The translations under genes were made by a program, and so were the position numbers. The notes under the pieces were generated by a model that was not told the origin of the DNA, ran no database searches, and worked only from the letters and a program-made list of their open reading frames with translations. Shown one piece after another: positions 45,402 to 55,336 of a stretch of 64,000 nucleotides of DNA. The first letter of the stretch is position 1. Every line of letters begins with the position of its first letter. The DNA is from Caulobacterales bacterium (lineage in GTDB: Bacteria > Pseudomonadota > Alphaproteobacteria > Caulobacterales > Caulobacteraceae), in assembly GCA_038203295.1 (NCBI GenBank), contig JBBREC010000001.1, forward strand, positions 11,699-75,698, given 5' to 3'.

Positions 45402-46663
45402 GCGACGATCCGCACCGGCAGGGCTTCGTAGCCCTTGACGAAGTTGGACTGCAGGCGGCGGGGCTCGCCCACGACCTCGATGCGCTTGAAACGCTTGAGG
45501 ATCTCCTCCCAGACCACCCGCAGCTGCATCTCGGCCAGACGGTTGCCGACGCAGCGGTGGATGCCGAAGCCGAAGGCCACGTGCTGGCGCGGCCGCTCGC
45601 GATCGATGATGAACCTGTCGGCGTCGTGGATCACATCCTCGTCGCGGTTCCCCGAGACGTACCACATGATCACCTTGTCGCCTTTGCGGATGGTCTTGCC
45701 GCAGAGCTCGTAGTCCTGCATCGCCGTGCGGCGCATGTGGGCGACGGGGCTCTGCCAGCGGGCGATCTCCGGGACCGCGGAGTCCAGCAGGGCAGGATTG
45801 GCCCTCAGCCGCTCATATGCGTCGGGATAGTCCTGGAAGGCCATCAGGGCGCCGGTGATCGAGTGGCGGGTGGTGTCGCTGCCTGCCACGGTCAGCAGGA
45901 TGATGTTGCCGAGATAGCGTTCGGGGTTGTCGTCCTTGCGGGTCGCCGGGTCGTGCGACAGCAGCGAAATCAGGTCTCCGGCGGCCGGGTTTGTGTCCTT
46001 GCGCTCGTTCCACAGGCCGATGAACGGCATGATCAGCGGCATGAACGCCGTCTGCAGCGCCTCCGGCGAGGGAACATTCTCGCCGGTTCTTGGCCGCGTG
46101 AGGATCATGTCCGACATTTGAGGCAGGTTGCGCCGTTGCTCGAACGGATAGTCGAACAGGGTGGCGAGCATCTGGCTGGTGAGCTCGATGGAGACTCTGT
46201 CGACGAAATCGAAGGTCTCGCCCACCGGCAGTTCGTCGAGGATTGCGGCGGCGCGTTCGCGGATCAGCGGTTCCAGCGCCGCCATGCCGGCGGTGGAAAA
46301 GATCGGCGTGACCACCCGGCGCTGGGCGTCATGCTCCGGCGGATCGAGCGCGATGAAGCTGGAGCCCTCGCTTCCCTCGGGGGCGTCGGCGATCATGATG
46401 CCGCCCCGCTCTGACGACGAGGAGAACACCTCGTGGTTGGAATCGACGGTGACGATGTCGTTGAACCGGGTCACCGACCAGTAGGGACCGTATTCGCTGT
46501 CCGCGCAGTAGTGGACGGGATCCTCGCGCCGCAGCCGTTCAAACCATGGCCAGTGGGTGTCGCTGGTGAAGAGGTTCACATCGGCGACCTGGAAGTCCTT
46601 GAGCGGCGTCGAATAGGCCTGCTCCCGGGCGTTCCTGGCGATGGCGCTGGCGTCGTCGGCCAT
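45398..46663 (-). CDS. cytochrome P450 (CYP153-like)
   Basis: Heme loop [24 protein letters not shown]-helix and EIARW (ExxR). The N-terminal region [45 protein letters not shown] resembles CYP153 enzymes. Confidence 0.9.
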   Translation of the reverse strand: MADDASAIARNAREQAYSTPLKDFQVADVNLFTSDTHWPWFERLRREDPVHYCADSEYGPYWSVTRFNDIVTVDSNHEVFSSSSERGGIMIADAPEGSEGSSFIALDPPEHDAQRRVVTPIFSTAGMAALEPLIRERAAAILDELPVGETFDFVDRVSIELTSQMLATLFDYPFEQRRNLPQMSDMILTRPRTGENVPSPEALQTAFMPLIMPFIGLWNERKDTNPAAGDLISLLSHDPATRKDDNPERYLGNIILLTVAGSDTTRHSITGALMAFQDYPDAYERLRANPALLDSAVPEIARWQSPVAHMRRTAMQDYELCGKTIRKGDKVIMWYVSGNRDEDVIHDADRFIIDRERPRQHVAFGFGIHRCVGNRLAEMQLRVVWEEILKRFKRIEVVGEPRRLQSNFVKGYEALPVRIVA

Positions 46664-46718
46664 GGTTTCTGCTCCCGCGGGTGTGCGCCGAAGCTTGCGC
46701 GGGGACGGGCCGGGCCAC

Positions 46719-46750
46719 AAACGAAAACGCCCGGCGGTGAGGCCGGGCGT
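46719..46750 (-). terminator. rho-independent terminator downstream of cdnL
   Basis: On the minus strand, ACGCCCGGC-ctcacc-GCCGGGCGT (9-bp GC stem) followed by TTTTCGTTT. Confidence 0.6.
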
Positions 46751-46781
46751 CTCGAATTCCTGGACGGTTCGTTCGGTCCGC

Positions 46782-47291
46782 CTACGCGGCCACGGCCTTG
46801 ATCAGCGACTTGTTGAGGATGCCGATCGCGGCGTCGCGGTCGATGCGCTCGATCGCGGCGACTTCGCGGGCCATGCGGTCCAGCGCCGACTCATAGAGCT
46901 GGCGTTCGGAATAGGACTGTTCCGGCTGGTTTTCGGCGCGGTGCAGGTCGCGGACCACCTCGGCGATGGAGATCAGGTCGCCGGAGTTGATCTTGGCTTC
47001 GTATTCCTGGGCGCGACGGCTCCACATGGTGCGCTTCACCCGGGCGCGGCCCTTGAGGGTGGTCAGGGCCTGGGTCACGACATTGGTCTCGGCGAGCGCG
47101 CGGAGGCCGGCGGTGCGCGCTTTTGCGGTTGGAACCCGCAGGGTCATTTTCTCGTGGTCGAAGGTGATGATGTAGACTTCGAGCTTCATGCCGGCCACTT
47201 CCTGGGTCTCGACGCCCTGAACCTGTCCCACTCCGTGGGCGGGATAGACGACGTGATCGCCAACCGAGAAATCGTGACCGCTCTTGCTCAT
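46782..47291 (-). CDS. cdnL: CarD/CdnL family RNA-polymerase-binding transcription factor
   Basis: FSVGDHVVYPAHGVGQVQGVETQEVAGMKLEVYIITF and RAQEYEAKINSGDL. 169 aa from ATG 47291. Confidence 0.92.
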   Translation of the reverse strand: MSKSGHDFSVGDHVVYPAHGVGQVQGVETQEVAGMKLEVYIITFDHEKMTLRVPTAKARTAGLRALAETNVVTQALTTLKGRARVKRTMWSRRAQEYEAKINSGDLISIAEVVRDLHRAENQPEQSYSERQLYESALDRMAREVAAIERIDRDAAIGILNKSLIKAVAA

Positions 47292-47615
47292 GGAGAAACC
47301 CTTCTCAAATCCTGGTCCGCGCATTCGTCGGACCGCTGACTCATGCAGCCGCCAAACGACAAGCCCACCCACTCCGCGAAAGGATCGCGGCGGGATCGTC
47401 GTTTGAAGCGGAAGTAAACCTCTTAAGACACCCTTCGCCCTATTCCTGACCTGGCCCTTTGGCGGTCCCGGCCGGAACGGCATTTCTTCTCGGAAGACGG
47501 GCAAGGCGAAGAGCCTGATCGCCACGTCACAAGCTGACCATAGCACAAAATTAAGCCAGATGAAAGGCTTGCCCCGGCGGACCCGCTGCCGAGCTGTTAC
47601 AGTGTAGCGTCGACT

Positions 47616-47957
47616 TTAGGAGCCGCTGCCGGGCTTCTCGGAGAAATATTTCTCTAGTTTGCCGGTTTCGCGCTCGAACGCTTCGGCATCGGCGGGCGGC
47701 TGGCCCTTTACCGTAATATTCGGCCACACCCGCGAATATTCCGAGTTGATCCGCAGCCATTTGCCGTCGGCGTCGTCCTCGGTGTCGGGCTTGATGGCGT
47801 CGACCGGGCACTCGGGTTCGCAGACGCCGCAGTCGATGCATTCGTCCGGATTGATCGCCAGGAAGTTCTCGCCTTCGTAGAAGCAGTCCACCGGGCACAC
47901 TTCCACGCAGTCCATGAACTTACATTTGATGCAGGCGTCCATCACGATGTAGGTCAT
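47616..47957 (-). CDS. fdxA: 7Fe ferredoxin (3Fe-4S + 4Fe-4S)
   Basis: [29 protein letters not shown]....[12 protein letters not shown] cysteine pattern. Confidence 0.93.
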   Translation of the reverse strand: MTYIVMDACIKCKFMDCVEVCPVDCFYEGENFLAINPDECIDCGVCEPECPVDAIKPDTEDDADGKWLRINSEYSRVWPNITVKGQPPADAEAFERETGKLEKYFSEKPGSGS

Positions 47958-48051
47958 GGCGGGGGCGGAACTCCGGTGGAATGCCCGGGACTACGGGCGG
48001 CGGTTTTTCACGGTGCGGCCCGGCATTGTCAATGCCGCCGCCCATTCGCAG

Positions 48052-48336
48052 CTACGAAGAAATCTCTAAAGGTGAATAGAGGGCGAGGGCTTCGGCCGGT
48101 GGGCCACGGCGTTCACCGATAGCCTCGACACGGACGGCGGTAAGCCGGCCGCCAAGCGCGAAGACGAGTGTATCGCCGATCTTGACCGGTCTGGCGGGCT
48201 TGTCGAGGCGGGTTTCCTGGCCGGCCCGGGTGAGGCGCACGCGGCCCTCTTCACAGACCTTTGCGGCCAGCGAGCGGGTCTTAAAGAAGCGCGCGCGCCA
48301 GAGCCAGACGTCCGCGCGGGCGGCGTCGTCGCTCAC
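48052..48336 (-). CDS. RNA-binding S4 domain protein (Hsp15-like)
   Basis: VWLWRARFFKTRSLAAKVCEEGRVRL is an S4 motif. The GTG start overlaps the helicase stop (GTGA). Confidence 0.85.
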   Translation of the reverse strand: MSDDAARADVWLWRARFFKTRSLAAKVCEEGRVRLTRAGQETRLDKPARPVKIGDTLVFALGGRLTAVRVEAIGERRGPPAEALALYSPLEISS

Positions 48337-50861
48337 GCGCGGCGCTTGCGACGTTTGCGCCGGAGGGGCGCGGGCTCGCCCTGCAGCGCGGCCAGGGCGG
48401 CGAACGGCGAGTGGGGGACGATCGGGCGGTGTTCGACGGCGAACTCGCGTTCGAAACGACGCCGCCAGGCGGTGGCCTCGCCGGGACGCCGAATGGCTGC
48501 GAAGCCAAGACCGCGCAGGACCGCCTGGGCCTCAGCGTCGGTCCAGCCCAGCGTTTCGCGGGCGGCCTCGGAGAGGATCACTCCGCCGCCGTGCTTCACG
48601 CCTGCCCGCAACAGGTCGTCGAGGCGCTCGAGCTGTTCCACCGGCGCGGCCAGACCGCCGACCGCGCGTACGCCAAAGGCGGCGAGTGCGCGGGGGGCGG
48701 GCGCCGGTTCCGGCAATCGGCTGAGCTGGCCGGGGGTTGGCCGCCAGCCGCCCGCCTCCCGCGACGCCAACGCCTGGGTGAGCGCTCGGGCGTCGGGCTG
48801 CAGCAGGCCCGGCATGTAGATCGAAAAAGCGCCGATGCGCACGCCGAGGCCGCGCAGGGTGCGGCGCTCCACCTGGCTCAGCGCCCGGACCTCGGCCCGC
48901 ACCTGATTGCGGTCCAGCACCCCGCCGGCTTCGATCAGGCGGAAGGCGAGGCCGCGGGCCAGGCCCTTGATCAGGCCGTCGGCGACCGCGCTTTCCAGGC
49001 GGCGGAGCGCCGCGAGCCTGCGCGTCGCCTCGCTGGCGACAAAGGCTTCCAGACGCTGGGCGGCGCGCTGGCGGGCGGCGTCGTGGCCGAGGTCGCCCAG
49101 CAGGCGCACGCGCGGGCTGAAAGGCTGGCCGCCAGCCAGCACACCCGCCGTCTCGCCGCGCCAGAGGACCGCGCCGTCCGGGGTCAGGGCAAAGGCCTCG
49201 TCGGGTTCGGCGGCAAGCGCGCCGAGCCGCCGCGCGATCTCCGGCGACACGGCATGGGTGGCGGCGGCTCGCAGCGCCTTTTCCTCCAGCACGGATGAAC
49301 CCTGTGCGGGCTCGAACTGAACGCCGGTCAGCTTGCCGACGTAGTGGCCCTCGACGGTTACCGCGCCATCCGCGCCGACGCCCGCCAGCATGTCCTCGCG
49401 AACCCGCAGGCCGCGCATCAGGGCGCTGGTCCGCCGGTCGACGAAGCGAGCCATGAGCTTTTCGTGCAGGGTGTCGGAGAGTCTGTCTTCAAGGCCTCTC
49501 GTCTTAGCTTGCCATCCAGTCGGGTCGGCCAGCCAGTCGGGGCGGTTGGCGACATAGGCGAGCGTGCGGACGTTGGCGAGGCGGGCGGCCAGGGTGTCGA
49601 TCTCGCCGTCGGTGCGGTCGAGACCCTTGTACTGGTGGGCGATCCAGTCTTCCGGAATGCGGTGGCGGCCAGTCGTCAGGTGCAGGAAGAATTCCCGGCT
49701 AAGCCGAAGGTGCTCTTCCATCCCCGTCTTGCGGAAGTCGGGCGTCTGGCAGACGTCCCACAGCCGCTCGATAGCCGCGCGGCCCCTGGCGCGGTCTGCG
49801 ACATTGGGGTCGCCAACGAGCTGGCGCAGCGTAATCTCGTCCAGCGCCTCGGCGGAGAGCTTCAGGCCTTCGCGATCGGGCAGCTGGTCGAGGGACTTCA
49901 GCAGGCTGGGCAGGCTGGCGAAGTCGAGCTTCGACGATCGCCACTCTGCCCCCGCCACCGCCTCGAAGCGGTGCTCCTCGACGGCCTGGACGAGATCCTC
50001 GTCCATCTCCTCGGCCTCGCCAGTGACGCCGAAGGTGCCGTCGCGCTGGTAGCGGCCGGCGCGACCGGCGATCTGGCCGACCTCCTGCGGATAGAGCCAA
50101 CGGGTGTGCTTGCCGTCGAACTTGCGCAGCCCCGCGAAGGCGACGTGGTCGACGTCCATGTTCAGGCCCATGCCGATGGCGTCGGTGGCTACCAGGAAGT
50201 CGACTTCGCCGGATTGGTAGAGTGCAACCTGGGCGTTGCGGGTGCGGGGCGAGAGACTGCCCATCACCACGGCGGCCCCGCCACGCTGGCGGCGGATCAG
50301 CTCGGCGATGGCGTAGACCTGGTCCGCGCTGAAGGCGACGACGGCCGAGCGGCGGGGCAGGCGGGTGAGCTTTTTCGGCCCGGCGTAGGTTAGGTTCGAA
50401 AACCGCTCCCGCGTCACGATCTCTGCGTGCGGCAACAGGCGGCGGACCAGTGGCGCCATGGTCCCGGCGCCCAGCAGCATGGTCTCGGCCGTGCCGCGCG
50501 CATGCAGCAGCCGATGCGTGAAGACGTGGCCGCGCTCGGGGTCGGCGCAGAGCTGGATCTCGTCGACCGCGAGGAACTCGACCTCGCGCGACAGGGGCAT
50601 GGCCTCGACGGTGCAGACGAAATAATGCGCCCGGGGCGGGACAATCTTTTCCTCGCCGGTGATCAGCGCCACCGAGCGGACGCCACGCAGCTTGGCGATT
50701 CGATCGTAGATCTCGCGGGCCAACAGGCGCAGCGGCAGGCCGATCATGCCGGACGCGTGGCCGAGCATCCGTTCAACCGCCAGATGGGTCTTACCCGTGT
50801 TGGTGGGGCCCAGCACCGCCACAAGTCTTGGCGGGGCCGCGCCCGCGGGGCGGTGGCTCAT
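48333..50861 (-). CDS. helicase-related protein (Suv3-like ATP-dependent RNA helicase)
   Basis: Walker A GPTNTGKTH, DEIQ box, helicase C region (...ATDAIGMGLN...GRAGR), and a long C-terminal extension. Confidence 0.85.
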   Translation of the reverse strand: MSHRPAGAAPPRLVAVLGPTNTGKTHLAVERMLGHASGMIGLPLRLLAREIYDRIAKLRGVRSVALITGEEKIVPPRAHYFVCTVEAMPLSREVEFLAVDEIQLCADPERGHVFTHRLLHARGTAETMLLGAGTMAPLVRRLLPHAEIVTRERFSNLTYAGPKKLTRLPRRSAVVAFSADQVYAIAELIRRQRGGAAVVMGSLSPRTRNAQVALYQSGEVDFLVATDAIGMGLNMDVDHVAFAGLRKFDGKHTRWLYPQEVGQIAGRAGRYQRDGTFGVTGEAEEMDEDLVQAVEEHRFEAVAGAEWRSSKLDFASLPSLLKSLDQLPDREGLKLSAEALDEITLRQLVGDPNVADRARGRAAIERLWDVCQTPDFRKTGMEEHLRLSREFFLHLTTGRHRIPEDWIAHQYKGLDRTDGEIDTLAARLANVRTLAYVANRPDWLADPTGWQAKTRGLEDRLSDTLHEKLMARFVDRRTSALMRGLRVREDMLAGVGADGAVTVEGHYVGKLTGVQFEPAQGSSVLEEKALRAAATHAVSPEIARRLGALAAEPDEAFALTPDGAVLWRGETAGVLAGGQPFSPRVRLLGDLGHDAARQRAAQRLEAFVASEATRRLAALRRLESAVADGLIKGLARGLAFRLIEAGGVLDRNQVRAEVRALSQVERRTLRGLGVRIGAFSIYMPGLLQPDARALTQALASREAGGWRPTPGQLSRLPEPAPAPRALAAFGVRAVGGLAAPVEQLERLDDLLRAGVKHGGGVILSEAARETLGWTDAEAQAVLRGLGFAAIRRPGEATAWRRRFEREFAVEHRPIVPHSPFAALAALQGEPAPLRRKRRKRRA

Positions 50862-50902
50862 GGGTCTAAGTTGGGGACGAAGTCAGAGTCGGGCAAGCGC
50901 CG

Positions 50903-51340
50903 CTATTCCGGATGGACCTGCGTCGTGTTGAGGCGGAAGCCCAGAGGCAGCAGCTGCTCGATCGTGTGGCGCCCAACCTCGCCGTCGGACCCCAGGCTGA
51001 CGACCTCGCAGCCGTTGGCGGCGAATTCGAAGATTTTCTGGCGGCAGCCGCCGCAGGGCCAGACCAAGCCCGGCAGGGACGAGGCCACATAGACCCGCAC
51101 GAAGGTCCTGCGCCCGTCGGTGACCGCGCCGGAGATTGCGCTCGCCTCGGCGCAGACGCCTTGCGGATAGGCGGCGTTCTCGACGTTGACGCCATAGTTC
51201 AGGACGCCGTCCGGGCTCTCGACGGCGGCGGCCACATGCACGCCGGAATAGGGTGCATGCGCATTCGCCAGCAGGCGGCGAAGCTCCTGGACGATCGCAG
51301 TCTCGTCGGTCATCGGAGGATTTGTCCCGGGCGCGCTCAA
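50903..51340 (-). CDS. cdd: cytidine deaminase
   Basis: APYSGVHVAAAV, CAEASAI and PCGGCRQ zinc-ligand motifs. Confidence 0.9.
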   Translation of the reverse strand: MSAPGTNPPMTDETAIVQELRRLLANAHAPYSGVHVAAAVESPDGVLNYGVNVENAAYPQGVCAEASAISGAVTDGRRTFVRVYVASSLPGLVWPCGGCRQKIFEFAANGCEVVSLGSDGEVGRHTIEQLLPLGFRLNTTQVHPE

Positions 51341-51465
51341 GGGACGGCGGAGTCTAGGGCCGCAGAGCGGTGGCGTCCACCTTACCGGAATGTAATCCGA
51401 CGCCGATTGCCCCCGCCGCGCGAGCCGCTAGGGTCCCGCCACAACCTCTCAGGGAAGCCCCACAC

Positions 51466-53292
51466 ATGACCGCCAATCGCCGCCAGATGTTGCTGAGCGC
51501 AGCCGCCGCGGGCCTGGCCGCCAGCGCGCCGTCGCTGGCCCTCGCTGCCGCCGGGCCCGTCGCCAATCCCGGGCTCTCCGCCCTGCTTGACGCCTTTGTA
51601 GATGAGGCTCTGCGCGACTCGCCGGAGACCGCCACCGGTCTGGGCCTCGACACCGGCAATTACGCAGCCGCCCGCAGCCGGCTGGACGATCGCACGGCCG
51701 CAGCGCGGCGAAAGGCCACCCGGGACTACGCCGAACGCGCGCGGCGCCTGGCGGCGATCCCGCGCGCTGGGCTCTCGAGCCATGACCTGACAATCTACGA
51801 TACGGTGCTCTACGCTATGCAGGCGGGCGCCGAGGGCGGCAAGTTCTCCTACGGCGGCGACTACGCCACGCCCTATGTGGTCAGCCAGCAGAACGGCGTG
51901 GTCGGCAACCTGCCGGAATTCCTCAACGCCCAGCATCAGATCAAGGACAAGGCCGACGCCGAAACCTACCTCGTGCGCCTCGGCCTTATGGCAGGCGCGC
52001 TGGACGAGGAGACGGCGCGGATCCGGGCCGATGCGGCGGCCGGCGTCATCCTGCCGAACTTCATCATGGCCAAGGCGCTGGCCCAGTTCGGAGACCTGCG
52101 AAAGACGCCCGCGTCGCAGACCGGCATGGTACGGTCGGTGTCGGATCGCGCTAAGGCCAAGGGCGTCGCTGGCGACTATGCCGGCCAGGCGACCTCGATC
52201 GTCGAGCAGAAGGTGTTCCCAGCCCTCGACCGCCAGATCGCCGCGCTTACGGCCCTGCAGCCCAAGGCCAGGCACGAGGCGGGCGCCTGGACCCTGCCGG
52301 ACGGTGCCGCCTACTACGCCTGGGGCCTGAAGCTGGGCACCACCACGACGATGACCCCTTCAGAAATCCACCAGATGGGCCTGGACCAGGGCGCGGCGAT
52401 CGATGCGGAAATGGATAAGGTCCTGAAGGCGCAGGGCTTCACACAAGGCACAGTCGGCGAGCGGATGAGCGCGCTCACCAGGGACCCGCGCTTCCTCTAT
52501 CCGAACACCGACGCCGGCCGGGCCGAACTGATCGCCTACCTGGAAGGCGCGATCGCCGGTATCCGGCCGCACATGAGCCAGCTCTCCAAGCTCGGCCTCA
52601 AGGCGCCGGTGCAAGTGAAGCGCGTTCCGCCTGACATCGAGGCGGGCGCGGGCCTCGGCTACATGAATTTCGCCTCGCTCGATGGGACACGGCCGGCGAT
52701 CTACTACGTAAACCTGGCCGATACCGGGAACTGGCCGCGCTACACGCTCAGCAGCCTGACGATGCACGAGGCGATCCCCGGCCATGCCTGGCAGGGCGCC
52801 TATCTGTCCGAGCGGCAGAACGAGGTCCACCGGATCAGTTCGCTGATCGGATTCAACGCCTTTGTGGAGGGTTGGGCACTCTATGCAGAGCAGCTGGCCA
52901 ACGAAGTCGGCATGTACAAGGACGATCCCCTGGGCCAGCTCGGCTATTTCCAGGCCCAGCGGTTCCGCGCCGCGCGCCTGGTGGTGGACTCCGGTCTGCA
53001 CGACAAGCGCTGGAGCCGCGAGAAGGCCATCGCCTGGATGGTCGCAGCCACCGGCCGTTCCACCGGCGCCGTCACCAGCGAGGTCGACCGCTATTGCGTC
53101 ACCCCGGGCCAGGCCTGCGGCTACAAGATCGGCCACACCGAGATCGTCCGCCTGCGCGAGAAGGCCAAGGCTGCGCTTGGGCCGAGGTTCGACATCCGCG
53201 ATTACAACGACGCGGTTGTCTCAACCGGCGGCACGCCGCTGACGGTGCTGGAGTCGGTGATCGACCGGTATGTCGCGGGGGCGAAAACCTAG
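51466..53292 (+). CDS. DUF885 family protein (Tat-signal, HExxGH metallopeptidase-like)
   Basis: MTANRRQMLLSAAAAGLAASAPSLALA twin-arginine leader. TMHEAIPGHAWQG motif typical of DUF885. Confidence 0.85.
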   Translation: MTANRRQMLLSAAAAGLAASAPSLALAAAGPVANPGLSALLDAFVDEALRDSPETATGLGLDTGNYAAARSRLDDRTAAARRKATRDYAERARRLAAIPRAGLSSHDLTIYDTVLYAMQAGAEGGKFSYGGDYATPYVVSQQNGVVGNLPEFLNAQHQIKDKADAETYLVRLGLMAGALDEETARIRADAAAGVILPNFIMAKALAQFGDLRKTPASQTGMVRSVSDRAKAKGVAGDYAGQATSIVEQKVFPALDRQIAALTALQPKARHEAGAWTLPDGAAYYAWGLKLGTTTTMTPSEIHQMGLDQGAAIDAEMDKVLKAQGFTQGTVGERMSALTRDPRFLYPNTDAGRAELIAYLEGAIAGIRPHMSQLSKLGLKAPVQVKRVPPDIEAGAGLGYMNFASLDGTRPAIYYVNLADTGNWPRYTLSSLTMHEAIPGHAWQGAYLSERQNEVHRISSLIGFNAFVEGWALYAEQLANEVGMYKDDPLGQLGYFQAQRFRAARLVVDSGLHDKRWSREKAIAWMVAATGRSTGAVTSEVDRYCVTPGQACGYKIGHTEIVRLREKAKAALGPRFDIRDYNDAVVSTGGTPLTVLESVIDRYVAGAKT

Positions 53293-54422
53293 TCCAGCGT
53301 CCGTCGGTAGCGCGCCATCGCCAGCGCCGTCACTACGCAGACGAAGGCCATCAAGGCCAGGAGCTCGCGCCATATGTCGCCGAGATCCTGGCCTTTGAGC
53401 AGGGCGCCCCTGACGACCCGCAGGAAGTGGGTGACGGGGATGACCTCGCCGATCCACTGGGCCCAGACCGGCATGCCGCGGAACGGGAACATGAAGCCCG
53501 ACAGCAGGATCGACGGCAGGATGTAGAACACGCTCATCTGCATGGCCTGCAGCTGCGAGCGCGCCGCCGTCGAGATCAGGAAGCCTAGCGCCAGCGAGCC
53601 CACAATGAACAGGCTTACGCCCATCGAAAGGCCCAGCCACCCGCCCCGCATCGGCACGTCGAACAGAAAGCGGGCCAGCGTCAGAATGATAACCGTCTGG
53701 ACGAGTCCGATGATGACGTAGGGCGCGAGCTTGCCGGCCATCACCTCCAACGGCTCGACCGGGGTGGCCAGCAGCGACTCCATGGTCCCGCGCTCGGTCT
53801 CGCGGGTGACACTGAGCGATGTCATCATCACCAGGGTCATGGAGAGGATCACGCCCAGCAGGCCGGGCACGATGTTGTAGGCGGTGATGGCCTCGGGATT
53901 GTAGCGGCGGTGGACGACCACCTCGAACGGGACGACGACCTGACCGCGCGACGCGAGTGCGCCTTTCAGGTCATGTTCGAGCGCGTGGGCGGGCAGGGCG
54001 GCCAGCGCGGCGATGGCCCCGCCGGTGGCCGACGGGTCCGTGGCGTCGGCCTCCATCAGGATCTGGGCGTGGTCGCCACGCGCCACGCGGCGGGTGAAGT
54101 CGCCGGGGATGGTGACCGCGAACTGCACGCGGCCGTCGCGGATCATTTCGTCGAGTTCGGCCGGCGAACGGGCCTGGGCGACCAGTTTGAAGAAGGCCGA
54201 ACGGTGCAGGGCGCCGACGATGGAGCGCGCGAAGACGCTGTCCTCCTGCACCAGCACGGCGGTCGGCAGGTGGCGCGGCTCGGAGTTGATGGCGTAGCCG
54301 AACAGCAGGAGCTGGATCACCGGCAGCCCCAGCATCATGGCGTAGGTCAGCCGGTCGCGGGTGAGCTGCTTGATCTCCTTGATCATCACCGCGAGCACCC
54401 TGATGCCGGAGACGCCCCTCAT
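53289..54422 (-). CDS. ABC-2 type transporter permease
   Basis: MIKEIKQLTRDRLTYAMMLGLPVIQLLLFGYAIN N-terminus, a large periplasmic loop, then 5 TM segments. ATGA overlap with the ATPase gene. Confidence 0.85.
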   Translation of the reverse strand: MRGVSGIRVLAVMIKEIKQLTRDRLTYAMMLGLPVIQLLLFGYAINSEPRHLPTAVLVQEDSVFARSIVGALHRSAFFKLVAQARSPAELDEMIRDGRVQFAVTIPGDFTRRVARGDHAQILMEADATDPSATGGAIAALAALPAHALEHDLKGALASRGQVVVPFEVVVHRRYNPEAITAYNIVPGLLGVILSMTLVMMTSLSVTRETERGTMESLLATPVEPLEVMAGKLAPYVIIGLVQTVIILTLARFLFDVPMRGGWLGLSMGVSLFIVGSLALGFLISTAARSQLQAMQMSVFYILPSILLSGFMFPFRGMPVWAQWIGEVIPVTHFLRVVRGALLKGQDLGDIWRELLALMAFVCVVTALAMARYRRTLD

Positions 54423-55336
54423 GCGAAATTGTCCTCGGCCTTGCCCATCAGCTGGATGAAGACGTCCTCCAGGGTCGGCGGGACCTCGGTCCAGCGGTAG
54501 GGCGCCTTTCGCCACGGCGCGATGGCCGCCTCCAGCGCCGCGCGATCCGCACTGCTGACGTGCAGGGCTGCGCCAAACGGGGCGACGGTCTCGACCCCCG
54601 GTCTGGCGGCGATCTCATGGCTGAGTTTGCCGACCTCTGGGCCTTCGCCGTGGAAGGTGATCAGGTGCGAGGCCTCCACCACCTCATCCACCGTGCCGCG
54701 GGCCATCAGCCGACCGTAGGCGATGTACGCGATCTCGTGGCAGCGCTCGGCCTCGTCCATGTAGTGGGTGGAGACCAGCACGGTCAGCCCATGGGCGGCG
54801 AGCGAATGGATCTCGTCCCAGAACTCGCGCCGCGCCTTGGGATCGACGCCGGCGGTGGGCTCGTCGAGCAACAGCAGCCTGGGCTCGTGCAGTGTGGCCG
54901 ACGCCAGCGCCAGGCGCTGCTTCCAGCCGCCGGACAGCGAGCCCGCGAGCTGATCCTTGCGCCCAGTCAGGCCGAGGCGTTCCAGCGCCGCAGCCACCCG
55001 CTCGAGCCGGCGATCGAGGCCGTAGATGCGGGCGGTGAACTGAAGATTCTCGGCGATGGTCAGGTCCTCGTAGAGCGAGAACTTCTGGGTCATGTAGCCG
55101 GTCTCGCGTTTGATCCGGTCGGCCTGGGCAATGATGTCGAAGCCGAGGCAGGTCCCGGTCCCCGAGTCGGGCGTCAGCAGGCCGCAAAGCATCCGCAGCG
55201 TCGTGGTCTTGCCTGAGCCATTTGGACCCAGGAACCCGCAGATGCGGCCCGGCTCGACCTGGATCGAGAAGTCCTGGACGACGTGCTTGTCGCCGAAGCT
55301 CTTGTTGAGCCCCGCCACGTCGATGGCCAGCGTCAC
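54419..55336 (-). CDS. ABC transporter ATP-binding protein
   Basis: Walker A GPNGSGKTT, signature LSGGWKQRL and Walker B LLLLDEP. GTG start at 55336 overlaps the HlyD stop (GTGA). Confidence 0.9.
   Translation of the reverse strand: MTLAIDVAGLNKSFGDKHVVQDFSIQVEPGRICGFLGPNGSGKTTTLRMLCGLLTPDSGTGTCLGFDIIAQADRIKRETGYMTQKFSLYEDLTIAENLQFTARIYGLDRRLERVAAALERLGLTGRKDQLAGSLSGGWKQRLALASATLHEPRLLLLDEPTAGVDPKARREFWDEIHSLAAHGLTVLVSTHYMDEAERCHEIAYIAYGRLMARGTVDEVVEASHLITFHGEGPEVGKLSHEIAARPGVETVAPFGAALHVSSADRAALEAAIAPWRKAPYRWTEVPPTLEDVFIQLMGKAEDNFA

Noticed and set aside
43974-45665. 563-aa minus-strand ORF covering dctA
   Set aside because: It is an Arg/Gly/Asp-rich shadow ORF antisense to an unmistakable DctA sequence. 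The same reasoning applies to 2765-4135(-), 28761-30512(-), 26871-28103(-), 16780-17982(-) and similar entries.
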